A DNA stretch of 62,324 nt, filler included, from Jimgerdemannia flammicorona (Eukaryota): assembly GCA_003990765.1 (NCBI GenBank). It is 3 parts of 3 records of this genome, joined end to end, with 100 filler letters (N's around TTAATTAATTAA, not from the genome) between each part and the next. Parts side by side here need not be neighbours in the genome. Positions count along the whole stretch, not along the records: positions 20,812 to 41,521 come from RBNJ01001604.1; 2 more parts are not named here. One strand, given 5' to 3'. The notes under the pieces were generated by a model. That model was given only the letters and a program-made list of their open reading frames with translations. It had not been told where the DNA came from and searched no databases. Position numbers and translations under genes: made by a program. Below are positions 23,680 to 35,200 of this stretch, one piece after another. The stretch's first letter is position 1. Each line of letters begins with the position of its first letter.

Positions 23680-23970
23680 TCACCAGCTCTATTGTTGCCA
23701 AAATGGCATGATGAGGACTAGGTGAGCACACCTGTTCTCCTTGACCTTGCACAGTGTGCAGTTGAGGAGGATCCATGACAGGTTCACATAAGCACTGGAG
23801 GTCAGCCATTGATGTTGGAAAGCATCAGTGCCCAGGGCCTCAGGGTCCATCTGCTAGCTATAGAAGAGGGGGGTCTGGGTTGTTGTTCATGACATAAAGA
23901 GGTCCAGGTATATGGGACCCCAATGGAGGAGATGATGGAATATCATCAGGTTGAGTTGCCATTTATCTGA
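23680..23970 (-). pseudogene. DIRS Dam-like N6-adenine methyltransferase (MT) domain
   Basis: KWQLN...WGPIYLDLFMS*...DPEALGTDAFQHQW...YVNLSW (NPPW decayed)...LVLIMPFW. Confidence 0.85.
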
Positions 23971-25623
23971 GCTGGGGCAGATGCAGCTCAGAAAATAAGT
24001 GCACATGTTTTCAATCCTGGAGATGTATTATGTGAAGAGGCATATCCTCCTCATTATCCAGATGTAGTGTATCTTAGTAGCAATCTCATTCAGGTGGAGG
24101 AGAGAGCCCCCTTACTTGTTGATAAAAGCTCTCATGATCATGTTGTCTATCTGAATGAGGACCATATGGCCCTCTCAATGGTAGTTGTTGATCTGGAGTG
24201 TGAACAGGACTGTCTTGAGTTCACGGTAGTTGATAGAGCAGCATTGTTCCACAGGGGTCCAAGTGCCTGTCACTTGCTGCATTGCTTGGCTGACAGATAT
24301 AGAAGCAGTGATTTCAAAGCCCCAACCTAGATTGCTGGCATCCATATCAACTGTGACCTCAGGGTGTTTAGTAAATAGGGACCAGCCATTCCAGCTGGAG
24401 AGCTCAAGGGACCACCAACAGAGGTCCTCCTGAGATGTTAGAGAGATGAACATGAGATTATTCCAGTTGTAGTTATTGGTATTGTAGGAGTCCTGGATGT
24501 TCTGAATGAGGGACTATACTCGAAACCAGGCCAGAAAGATCACCTATACTGTAGAGTTGCAAAGACCAACCAGTGATGCCACCTTGCATATGGAGATCAC
24601 AGTTGGCAGGCAGAGGAGAGATGTAGTTTCCTTACAGATCTTGTATACCTTATCCTTGGGTAAGTAGAGTTCCATATTGATGGTATTGACCAGGAATCCC
24701 AGGAATGTCTATTGCTACATGAGTTCTCATATGTATTTCATTGGGTGTAGAAGAAAGCCCAATGTCTCCAGATAGTCATGAATGATCCTCTCATATCAGA
24801 GCACTTTGTCCCTCATAGAGGTCAGGAGATATATGTTGTCAATATAATAGGTGAGCTGGATGCCCCTTGCTTGGAGAGACTCCAGAACTGCCACCATCAT
24901 CTTCATCCAGATGTGCAGGGCAGACAACAGGCCAAATGGTATGACATGGAATTTCCAGTTGATTTTCCACCACTGAAAGGCAAGGAACTGTTGATCAGCT
25001 GGGTGAAAGAAAATGTGTAGATAGGCATTCTTTATGTCAATCTTGATGAGGTGGTCACCAGGCCAGACCATATGGCATAGGGTCTGGATACCTTCTATCT
25101 TGAAGTGTAATTGTCTCATGAACTCATTCAGTGAACAGGCATCAAGACAGGGTCAGTTCTTGTTGATCTGGGGGATTGTGAAGATGTTGGAGAAGAAGAG
25201 CAGCTCCTCATCCTGAGTGAGGTAGATGGCCTCCTTGTCCTGGAACTCAGCAATGGTGGCATCTACCAGGGCCTTCTCCATCACTGATATGTTCTTCTTA
25301 TAGGAGAACCTGGGTTCAGTCTGGAGTGGGGTCAGGGGTTGTAACCATTTGATACAGTTCTTACCATGGACTGTATCAATGGTCCAGCAGTTGACACTCA
25401 GAGTTGTCCAAACAGTCTCAGAGACCTGGGCTAACCATGCCCCCACCTTTAAGATGACATTTGAGGTCTTGGGGGTGATGGTATAGTAGATCAATTGATC
25501 CTTCAGAGTTGAGCAGCAGGTGTCGATACACTGTTGCCTGGATTCAGAGCTCAGTACTGGGAACCTCCTTGGCTGTATATACTTCAAGTATGGTTCTGGG
25601 AGCTCTGTTGTTGAGAATTTCAA
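23970..25623 (-). pseudogene. pol: DIRS reverse transcriptase + RNase H
   Basis: FFSNIFTIP, HFKIEGI, KIDIKNAYLH, IPFGLLSA, YYIDNI, MDASNLGWG, INYRELKTV. Confidence 0.92.
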
Positions 25624-26570
25624 TAGTTAGGGTGGTGGCCACCCCAGGACCTATTTCCCCAGCCATGACCATCAGGGCCATGGGATGGGATTGGATTACC
25701 TCTTGGTTTGGAGATTGCTTTGACTATAAGAAGGTACTTGCAGTGTTTGGTGTTATCGTAAAAATAGTGGGTGAATTCAGTGCCAAATAGGTCACCATTA
25801 TACTTGGAGTCAGAAGCCACTGTGTAGCAGGCAGAGATGAGGACAGGTGACCATCCTGCAGATTTGGCAAGTTTGATGTGATGGTGGATATGGATATGTT
25901 CTGCTTTGTGAAATCCGAACCAGAGAGAGTCTTGCAGTTTTTCCACCAAAGGGGGAATGATAGTGTCATGGACCAGCCCATGGTGGTGAAGATTGGCTCC
26001 ATCAAAGCGAGGTTCAAGGGCCTGGAGGGTGATGGTGATGGGCTGGAGAGTGTTATAGATTGCTCATTGGGTGTTAGCAAGAACCTTGTCTGCTTCTTTG
26101 GTGGATTTGCTGAAATCATCTGTGAATGCTTCATCAATGGAGGGGGTGCAGAGAATACCCTGTTTGAGTTCAGAGTTTTGTTGGAGAAGTTTCTTGAAAC
26201 TGGTGGAGGAGAGGTGTGCTTTGACATGTTCTGGTGGAATGGCATCAGTGAATGTAGGAGATACATGATATCTTCCAATGGCCCAAGACTTAGCTGCTAT
26301 AAGGAATTCATCATCACTGCTGTCGGCATCATTGTGGAGGTCCATATTATCAGAATTCTCATCAAGTCCAAGGACCACAGAGATGGAACATTGGGAATGC
26401 TGAAGGAAAAAGGCATTGATGAGGTATTGTTGGTCATGCTGGCTTGTGATCTCTGGATCCAGCAGAGGAGAGCAGAGGCTGACTACAACAGCCTCAGTGA
26501 CTTAGTGAAGGAACTCAGTGTGCTTGGCCAGGGCAGCCTGTTGTTGTTGAAGGAATTATTCATTGCTCAT
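25620..26570 (-). pseudogene. gag: DIRS gag-like ORF1
   Basis: Minus-strand ORF fragments (26064-26378, 25620-25949) lie upstream of RT and inside the ITR. Confidence 0.6.
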
Positions 26571-27059
26571 AGTAATGTGATAAGAAAAGATTCTGTGGGT
26601 TGTGAGAAGAGGCAAACTGCCAAGCTTTCAAAATAGCTAAGGGACTCTGTGGGAGTCAAGATATTCTTTTATTACCATGTTTTACATGAAATATCTCATA
26701 TATATATGTCTTAGACAGAAGGAAATTCATATGGATAAACCTATGTTTAAGACAAAATAAAGTACACCAATGCTTTCAGGATGGCAGAAACCAACTCTGA
26801 AATGGTCCAGAACAAAGTAATGCTTAGTCATTAGTAGCAGAAATAGCCAGATAGTCCTGAGCTATACTATATAGGCTGGGGAAGTCTGTTTGATACATCT
26901 TTGGCTGCACACCCCAGGGGGTAGAATAGTGGTTAGAATAGTAGGTAAAATTGACCCAACCCTACCAATTATCTGTGGAAAGACAACTCACCTTTTACTA
27001 GTTGAGTACCTCTGTACTCTCCAGCAGAATTACATAGTTACTAGTAAGGTAAATAGTGA

Positions 27060-29692
27060 GATTATTTATTAATAGCAGTTCTTTTACTAATGACTCTCTC
27101 TTTTTCTTTTAACTGAAGTAAATATATAACAGAAGAGATCCTTTGATATATTTATCTAGACTTTAGCTAGAACCTTGTGGCAGTATATAGTTTTTCTGAT
27201 ATATTTCAATTATAACTTACTTGGCTTCCTCAATGTAGTACTGCTCCCAGCTCTGATCATTGTGGTAATGTAGCTTTAAGTATAGATCCAATACTATTTT
27301 GAGAAAAAGAGTAAGTTTTGTAAGAGTTTTACTTTTTTTAGAAGGGGTATCTGCTATACTAATATATCTGTACTAATTGAGTATATAGTGGCATCTGTTT
27401 TGGAGTAGTATTTTCTAAGCTTGCTCAGAGCAACCTCTATAGTATCTCTCTGATCTAGGCTAAACTGAAAATTATCACTACCCTCTAGTCTTTTCTTGAG
27501 CTTATTCTCTAATTGATCAATCAAAAGATTATATACCAGTATTGCCAAGCTTATTGTTGAGGTAGTTTTTTTGACTATATTCTTTATATAATTATTAAAA
27601 CACTAATAGTTAAGAATGATGAATTGTTAAATTATTATATAGAGATAAACAAAATAAATATAGAGCCAAAGCAATTATCACTTACTTCTAAAACTCTGAA
27701 AACATTCCTTAGTACATCCTACTTACTTTTATCAATAGCCTTACCCCATATTTCCTTGTCAGTAGTAATTGTGAAATCTATTGGCTTTTTGGTTTTTTTT
27801 TGAAAAAAAAATTTATTTTGAAATTAATTAATAATTCTCAGTTATCTAAAACAATTTGCTTTAGTCAACTGAAAAAAGAGTATATACTATATCAAACTTT
27901 AGTGCATACTGGATCATTTCAAATATTGAGTTCTAATATATATAAATATCTAATATCAGCTCTTTTAGGACTAAGCTAATTGCTCTATACTGTATAGCAA
28001 ATTTGTCTCATCATTGTAGAGATGATCAGACCAACACAATCAGTTTGTATAGCTGGAAACAATACTCAGAGTTTCTTTACTTCCAGATATTTTGTCTACA
28101 TATATATGATAATCATAAATAGTAAGGTTTAGTATATGGGTCTGATAATAATACAACAGTTTTCTATACTGAAGACCACATTTTCCTGTTAAAGGCTAAT
28201 TGCTAAATTTTGAAAAAATTGTTAAGTTGTTTGTAATATTATCCATCATAATGGTCAAAATCTGTACTTGAAATTTTTAGTTAATAAATTTATATAAAAA
28301 TAAATAATTATTAAAATTTGTTTTATTTTAAGACTTCTCTCAAAATGCTGACCAGATAGAAAGCCTCCTCTTTTTATCTTAATTATGATCCCAAGCTCTC
28401 AGATATAACTAATAAAAACATCTATAATGTTTTTTCCAGAATAAGGATCAGTGAGCTTGATAAAGTTAAGAGTAAGAGATTTAAGTTACCAATTGAGATT
28501 AATTCAATAACTAGTAATACTTAAAAATAAAATTATATTAGAGAATATCCATATATCAATTATAAATAAAATTCTGCTTACTGAATTCTATTTATTGAAT
28601 GTGAGATTAAATTGATGAGCTCTTTATATATATATATATGTAATTTAGCTTGCAATAGTTATAGTATTACTCTTATTTATTTATTTTATCTAAAGTATCT
28701 AGTGATGATCATCATACTCCTTCCTATAGACCACTAGGATATCTTTACAAATAGTATCAGTACTTGGCAGATATAAATTATGCTTGAGGAGGCCAAAGAT
28801 ACTATGTAATTGATCACTCTTAATGGTTGTGAATGATTGGTCTATGTATATATATAATCTAGTGAGTAAGTTGATTTCAAAATTCTGCTAAAAAATATAG
28901 CTAAATATTTTTGATTAAATGGGGTTATTGATATAGAAATAGTCAGGTAATTAGATAAATATATCCACTATAGCTTAAATATCAATTTTATTTATTTTTA
29001 TATTCTTTTTGATTTTGTCAAAGTATTTGTCTTTTATATATTGATATATATATATTCAAAGTTGAACTACTAAGCATTTTAAACTTCTAGCTAGATAGTA
29101 TAAAGAGGTTAATAGAAATAATATTATATATATATTAAACAAAAAAATTAGTTATATTATAAATATATTTTCTTTTTTTAATTTTTTATCTATAATAATT
29201 AAATATAATATCATCTCCAGTCATTATCAGATTTCAGAATGAGAATTGTATAGAAAGTGTAGAACTATTAAGGATATTTGACTTGAAGCATCATTGATAC
29301 TATGAACTATTGAAGACTAATCTGTCAATATGTATATTTGTATATTTATATATATGTTTATATATATATATGTGTTTATATATATGTGAACATTTCTAGC
29401 ATATGAGTCATATAGAGGATTTGTCAGATTGATGGATTTAGATTAGATAATTTGAATTGGATAATTCAGATTGAATAATTCAGATTGAGTAGTTCAGATT
29501 GAGTGATTTGGATTAAGTGATTCAGATTTAGTGATTCAGATTGAGTAATTCAGATTGAGTAGTTTGGATGGAGTGATTTGGATAGAGTGATTCAGATAGA
29601 GTAATTCAGATTAATTTTGATTATTTTAGATTTATGATTTGAGTCAAACCATTATATGACAAATTGAATCAATCAACTTATTTGGAGCACTA
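27060..29692 (-). mobile_element. hAT DNA transposon relic (spliced transposase remnants, subterminal repeats, one TIR)
   Basis: *NSIFEMIQYAL (RWNST-like, ~27900-27940), TISLAILVYNLLIDQLE and ALSKLRKYYSKTD..YSIST. TIR TTTGGAGCACTA at 29681-29692 is nearly identical to the MITE TIR. Confidence 0.8.
29425..29615. repeat. 15-bp tandem array (GATTGAGTGATTCAG-like), hAT subterminal repeats
   Basis: About a dozen degenerate units without spacers, ~70 bp from the TIR. Confidence 0.85.
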
Positions 29693-29837
29693 GTAATATA
29701 TATAGCCATAGGTTAGAATAGCAACCATTTCAGCAGTAGTAATATAGAGATAGAAGATAAAGATACTATATTCATAAAAGAGTTTATAATATTTATTTGT
29801 GATGAGTTTCTAATATTGAGATATTTTAGTAATATCA

Positions 29838-30746
29838 TTTTTTTTTTTTTTTTTTTTGTTTTTTGGACTGTTATATTTATTATCAAATTAATCTAAATCT
29901 ATAAAATATACAATATTCCAATCTCTACCCAATCCCTCTGAGAGACCTCTCCTCTCTCTCATCTGTTTATAATAGAATACTACTTAACTATTAATAATTA
30001 TAACTCTCTCACCACTCTTTTTACAAATCTACTTCACTAGATAGTAATAGTAATCTCTTTGGAGATACATACTACTTCTGCTACCAATCAGACAAAATAT
30101 CCACCACCAATCTCTCTCACTATATTATTTTCTTCTTAATCTCATCTGTTTTTTCTTCTCAAAAACATACAGCTAACATCTAGCCAACCCCATCTATACA
30201 ACCAAAGCCCATCTGTTAGTAAGCCAATATTATCAATATACTCTACTAACTATAACTCCAAGTCTTCCTAATGACCACTTTCTCTATCTACCTATCTTAT
30301 TACTTTCCAACAACTACTAACTACTACTCAGAAGTTGCCAAGGACTTCACACTCATCCAGCCAATATTCTGATATCTGTACAAAATATCCCTCTTATTCT
30401 ATATTATAATACTCTTTACAATCAAAGATCCTACTATCAACTAAATGACCTAAATAAAAGTTCAATATAATATTCCTTCTCAGTATATACCACTATATCA
30501 CTCAGAACTTCAGAGAAAGCAACCACTATACTCTAGTACTCTATGACCAGATACTAGCTCAGTTTCACTCCTTATTAATACCATTAAACTACTAGTTAAC
30601 CAGCTATAGACCCTGGCTCATTCTCTATTGGTACTCTAATTCTACACTAATATCAAAGTTCATCAGAGGGGAGCTATCTAGTAGTAGCTAATCTCACCTC
30701 TATATTACTAGACCCCAGTATATCTCTTCTTCTATACTACTCTAAT
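29838..30746 (-). mobile_element. Old LINE 3' portion with poly(A)
   Basis: T-tract at 29838 followed by C/T-rich sequence colinear with the reverse complement of the LINE 3' end (~37270-38150). Confidence 0.75.
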
Positions 30747-31332
30747 TATAAGTATACAATCTCTAAGCCACTGAAATCACACATCACCCTCAGAAAAAAT
30801 TCAGAAATCATATATAAGATTATGAAGCTGAGTCAAACCAAGGTTATAGATCATGAAGCTGAGTTACCTAAAAGTTATAGAATATAAGATATATGAAAAC
30901 AGAACCTTATCAATTAAGATAAAAGTATATATAATATAATAAAATAAAGAACTATAATAAACTAAATAACAATAACTATAACTCTCAAATATATATTCAG
31001 CTATGACCACTGAAGTCTACAACTGTATCTATGTTAATATTTGGAATACAATTATCAATTAGACTATAGTACCTCTGTCTTTTATAAATATCTATAGCTT
31101 AGCACCCCTCTACTTCATGAAAGTATAATAGAATAACCTGAATATACTTAGTAAGGTCTCTCAAATCAGACAAATCTCAAGCTACTATCAGATTGGTCAC
31201 CTTATAGAAGATATGGTTAACTACTACTATATATAATATAGATATTACTAAAATATTCTAATACCAGAAGTTCATTATACATAAATACTAAGAACATTTC
31301 TATAAGTATAGTATCTTTATTTTATACCTCTA
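30747..31332 (+). mobile_element. Partial family-C LTR with the N-terminal part of the cargo ORF
   Basis: TATAAGTATACAATCTCTAAGCCA corresponds to TGTAAGCGCACAACCTCCAAGCCA (16877). ORF from ~31003 reads MTTEVYN...QISSYYQIGHL. Cut by the LTR of element B. Confidence 0.9.
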
Positions 31333-31796
31333 TATAATAGTTCTAGTTTCTTTAAGAGGAAGCAGCTTAATATAGAAGTTCTAGTTGGTCTAAAGTAGCT
31401 TAAAGAGATACTTAAAGGTTCATGTATTCTTGAAGAATTTCTGAGAGAAAATATTCTGAGCTTTATTCAGATAAAGAATAAGGATATTTATACATGATCT
31501 GAAAGAAAGATCCAGAAGGATCTTGAAAAGAAAGAGAAATGCCAAGAAATAGGTTCTCAGCAAAGCTGACTAATACTATTCTACAATGTTCCAAAAGGTT
31601 CCATGACTAGCTAAGATAAGATACTTGGTACCAAGGAAAGACAAGAATATTCTAGTAGTATCTAGGTGCTGAGAGAAGGTTTCTAAGCAAGTAGAAGATA
31701 GTGGAATATAGTAGAATATTTAAGAAATAATAAGAAAAGACTAACTAAAAGACATGAAAATATATTAAAACTAAATATGACTGTAAAATTGTTACA
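31333..31796 (-). repeat. 3' LTR of element B
   Basis: Starts TGTAACA after AGGAGAGAGAGA on the minus strand; reverse complement of 52173-52636. Confidence 0.9.
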
Positions 31797-32295
31797 TCTC
31801 TCTCTCCTTAAGAACTAATATTCTCATTGAGTTCTTAGGTAACATAAGACTAGATATACTTAACCAAAATTTCTCAAACTTGTATTAGCACATTGGTAGA
31901 GATTGGCCATTCTCATATAGAGCAGAGGGGCTATTATCAGACTAATCAACTGAGAGGAATTTGAACCCAGCTAGTAGCTTCATTTTGGTAGACTTCTTGT
32001 TTATTAAATATTCTGCTAGTTCTGGGGTCCCAAAGTAAACTTCTGATGTATAAGGCACTGGTCATTGCTATAGGTCATCAATAATCTAAGAAAGTCACTA
32101 TAGAGATTGGGCAATCCATTTTGCCTCAAAGTCTTGAACTAGATCTTGAGAGTTCTTGAGGTTGACCAGTAGTTTCCAGGTAGTATCATTTTTAGAGTAA
32201 CCCATCAACTTGACTAGATATTCAAGACAGTGGTAGTGGATATATTTGTCAAGAATTTTCGCAGCTTTATTCTCAATATGGTCTTTAATAATCAC

Positions 32296-35200
32296 CACTC
32301 TTTCTCTGATAACATTCAGATTACACAACCTTTAGCAATACTTTCAATACAGTTTCTGGAGAAAAGCTACTAGTATCATGGCAACAGATGAGTATTCTGA
32401 GATACATACTGAGTAGGTGGCCCAGGTGTGTTCAACTGGCAGTATGTAAGGAGGGGCCCTGACTTGAGAGGAAGTATGAGAGGCCTGCTGGTGGGAGGAT
32501 GAGATAGGAGAGGAGGTAGCACTGAAGGTCAGGGGATAGAGAAGGCAAGCTTTGTAGATAAGGTGAAGGGGGGTTGACAGAGAGCTGGGCTAGAGGGCTG
32601 GCTTAGGAGGGATAAGGAGACAGTGAAGACTGCTGAGCAGTGGCCTCAAGGGGGAGTCTCTCTGGGGGTCAGAGTAGTGGGGCTGGTAGTGTAGGAGCAT
32701 GATGGGTAATCAGGAAAAAAATCTAGATGAGACTGCTGATAGTAGACTAAGTAGTGGGAAAAGTATGAGGCCTAGCAATTTGGCAGATGCTGTAATGGGA
32801 CTGGCAGTGGCACTGTTACTCAAGAAGTCAATCTTAGAGTTCACAGTCACCTTGTACTTCTGGGGCTTAGCAGTGATGGTGAAAATGGTCCTGGGACTAA
32901 TCACTAAGCAGATGGCTGGAGTAGTATCCATAAAGTTCCTGAAGGGACTGGAAGAAGTGAAGGTCAGCTTCAAGAAGGCTAGACCATTGAAGGAGGTACT
33001 GAAGTTGGGGTTGACAATGAGAGAGATGTGTGTTCTAATAGTGGTGTGTTCTGATAGTGTACTGCTTAAAGTGGGACCCCAGGTTAGTACAACTGCTGGT
33101 AAAGAGGGTGCCCATAATGACCACTGAGGAGATGAGGAGGAGAGTTGAGGAAGTCATGGCTGAGTATGGCAAGGTAGTCAATGTTGGATTTTAGGTCTGG
33201 GAGGGGACCTCATTTAGAACTAGGGATATTGATGTTTGAATTTGGTTTGCAGAGAAGGAAGCTACTGGGAAGGCTAGGGACAGGCCCTCAGTAATAGTCT
33301 GGGGGGCTTTCTTGTACAAGGTGATGAGGGTGAAGAGGAGTGAGAAGGAGGAAGAGGATCTGCTAGAGGCACTGAAAGAGCTGAGTGGTGCTGTAGAGCA
33401 GAGGGCTAAGGCTTGAAAGGTGTATATCAAGTCGATACATTTGAAAGTAGTAGATGGAAAGAGGATTCAGATAGATAAGGGGTGGTGGAAAAGATCCTAA
33501 GAATGCAAGAGGCAGAGAGAGCTGTTGGCAAAACTAGAAAGTAGGGCAAAGAAGGATGCTGGTGCTATTGAAATCATAGAGAGCACTAAGGAGAGTATCT
33601 GGGCTAGCAAGGAGAGAGAGAATGCAGAGAAGGGGCCAGGAGGAGAAGAGGAGGTAAAGGGTAATGACCCTTATACAGATGACACCTTTGAGGTCTGGGA
33701 GCCATCCCTGACCCCTATGCTGCTTATTAGATGTGGTCCAGCCTCTGGGGGCAGGATAGTGGAGAATGTCCATACAGAGAGCCCAGAGAGTACATCTTGG
33801 AGTTCCTGAGGTGGTAAAGGGAGAGCAGGTGGTAGTGGTGGGTGAGGATGAACTGGTGGATGTTTAGGAAGGAGAGTGGGATGAGGCTACAAGTGCAGGG
33901 GCTGATATCTCAATGCTGGATAGAGGGTGGCCAGCAATTCCAGGGGAAAGGAGGTGGGCAATCTGCTATAGATGTACCAGATGATGAATAACTTTGCAGC
34001 AGAGGAGTTGGGGGAGGTGGACTTGCAAGTGATGAGTGATAAGTATTGGGTGTATATTCTGTATGGTAAGAGAGTGGTGGAGGTGCTGAAGGTAGAGATT
34101 CTTGTAGTTTTCCTAGAGAAGGAAGAGTATAAGGTTGATAAGGAGAGAGAGGCTGGGCTGGCAGTTGCTGCTAGTGAGAGGACTGCTTTCTGTTGGACAG
34201 AGTGGCATGGGTTGTAGCTCTGGCAGGAGGCCTGCCTGGAATATCATGAAGATTTTAAGGAGAAGGAGGATGGGGAGCTTATGGAACTTCTGGCTGAAAT
34301 GGAGGCTAAGAGGACTGAAGAGGAGGAGGAAGCTATGAAACATGATCTGGACCTGGCTCAGGATGAGATGAATATGGAGCAGTAGAGGATATACTTACTA
34401 TTATACATTATTCCTTATGAACTGTATGACCAATATTTTCTCTTTGAATATGAATGGGCTCTGGGGTTCTTTTTATCAATGGAATATTTTTACTTGGCTG
34501 AAAGAATTAGAGGCTGATCTCTTTCTTTTGCAGGATGTCAGGTATGAGGATGATTTGGATAAACTGGAATAGACAAAGAAATGGAGAGAGGAGGCAGTTT
34601 AGAAGGGCAAGATTTGGATCCTGGTCAGGAAGAATAGAGGGGAGATATGGAATATACAGAACTGGGGAGATAGGCTGGTCTGGGGTGAGTAGATTTGCAC
34701 TGATTGGGAGCCAGTTACAGTTGGATCCTGCTACTGTTCTGTGGTATAGAGTGAGTATGTAGAGTGGCTAAAGAGTCTCCAGAAGGAAGGAACTCTGGCA
34801 GGGCCTGGAGTGGATGTGCTTGACAGGGACTTTAATATGGTCAGAAATGCACTATTGGATAGAACTGATAGAGGGCAGGGGGTGGAGGGAAGGAGTGGAG
34901 GTTTGGAGGTGTGGGAAGAAGTAAGAGGCTGAGTGCTTTGGTGGATGCTGGCAGAGAGTTGTAGAGTGACAGAAGGGTGTATACATATTGGGTGAATGGC
35001 CTGGGGATAAAGATTAACTAGATTTTGACAGCAGACTGTTGGGGGCTGGATGTTTGGGGGTCTCTGGAGGTAGAATAGTGTCCATAGTCTACTGCTGGGA
35101 CAGGGCCATTTTGGGGAGAGTGGGGATGGACTGGGATATTGGTGCCTCAACTCTTCTCTGATAGATAATAAGGTATTGTAGGACAAGTGGGCTGAGGATA

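Larger units (their letters stand above)
22031..26829 (-). mobile_element. DIRS1-type tyrosine-recombinase retrotransposon (gag, RT, RH, MT, YR; ITRs + ICR)
   Basis: ITRs 22101-22262 and 26637-26798. Internal complementary region 22397-22517 is complementary to both termini. All coding domains are on the minus strand. Confidence 0.95.

Noticed and set aside
25878..26636. 252-aa plus-strand ORF
   Set aside because: Antisense shadow of DIRS gag, with no recognisable motifs.
29425..29615. Regular array resembling CRISPR or telomeric repeats
   Set aside because: Head-to-tail 15-mers with no unique spacers and no cas genes; located next to a hAT TIR.
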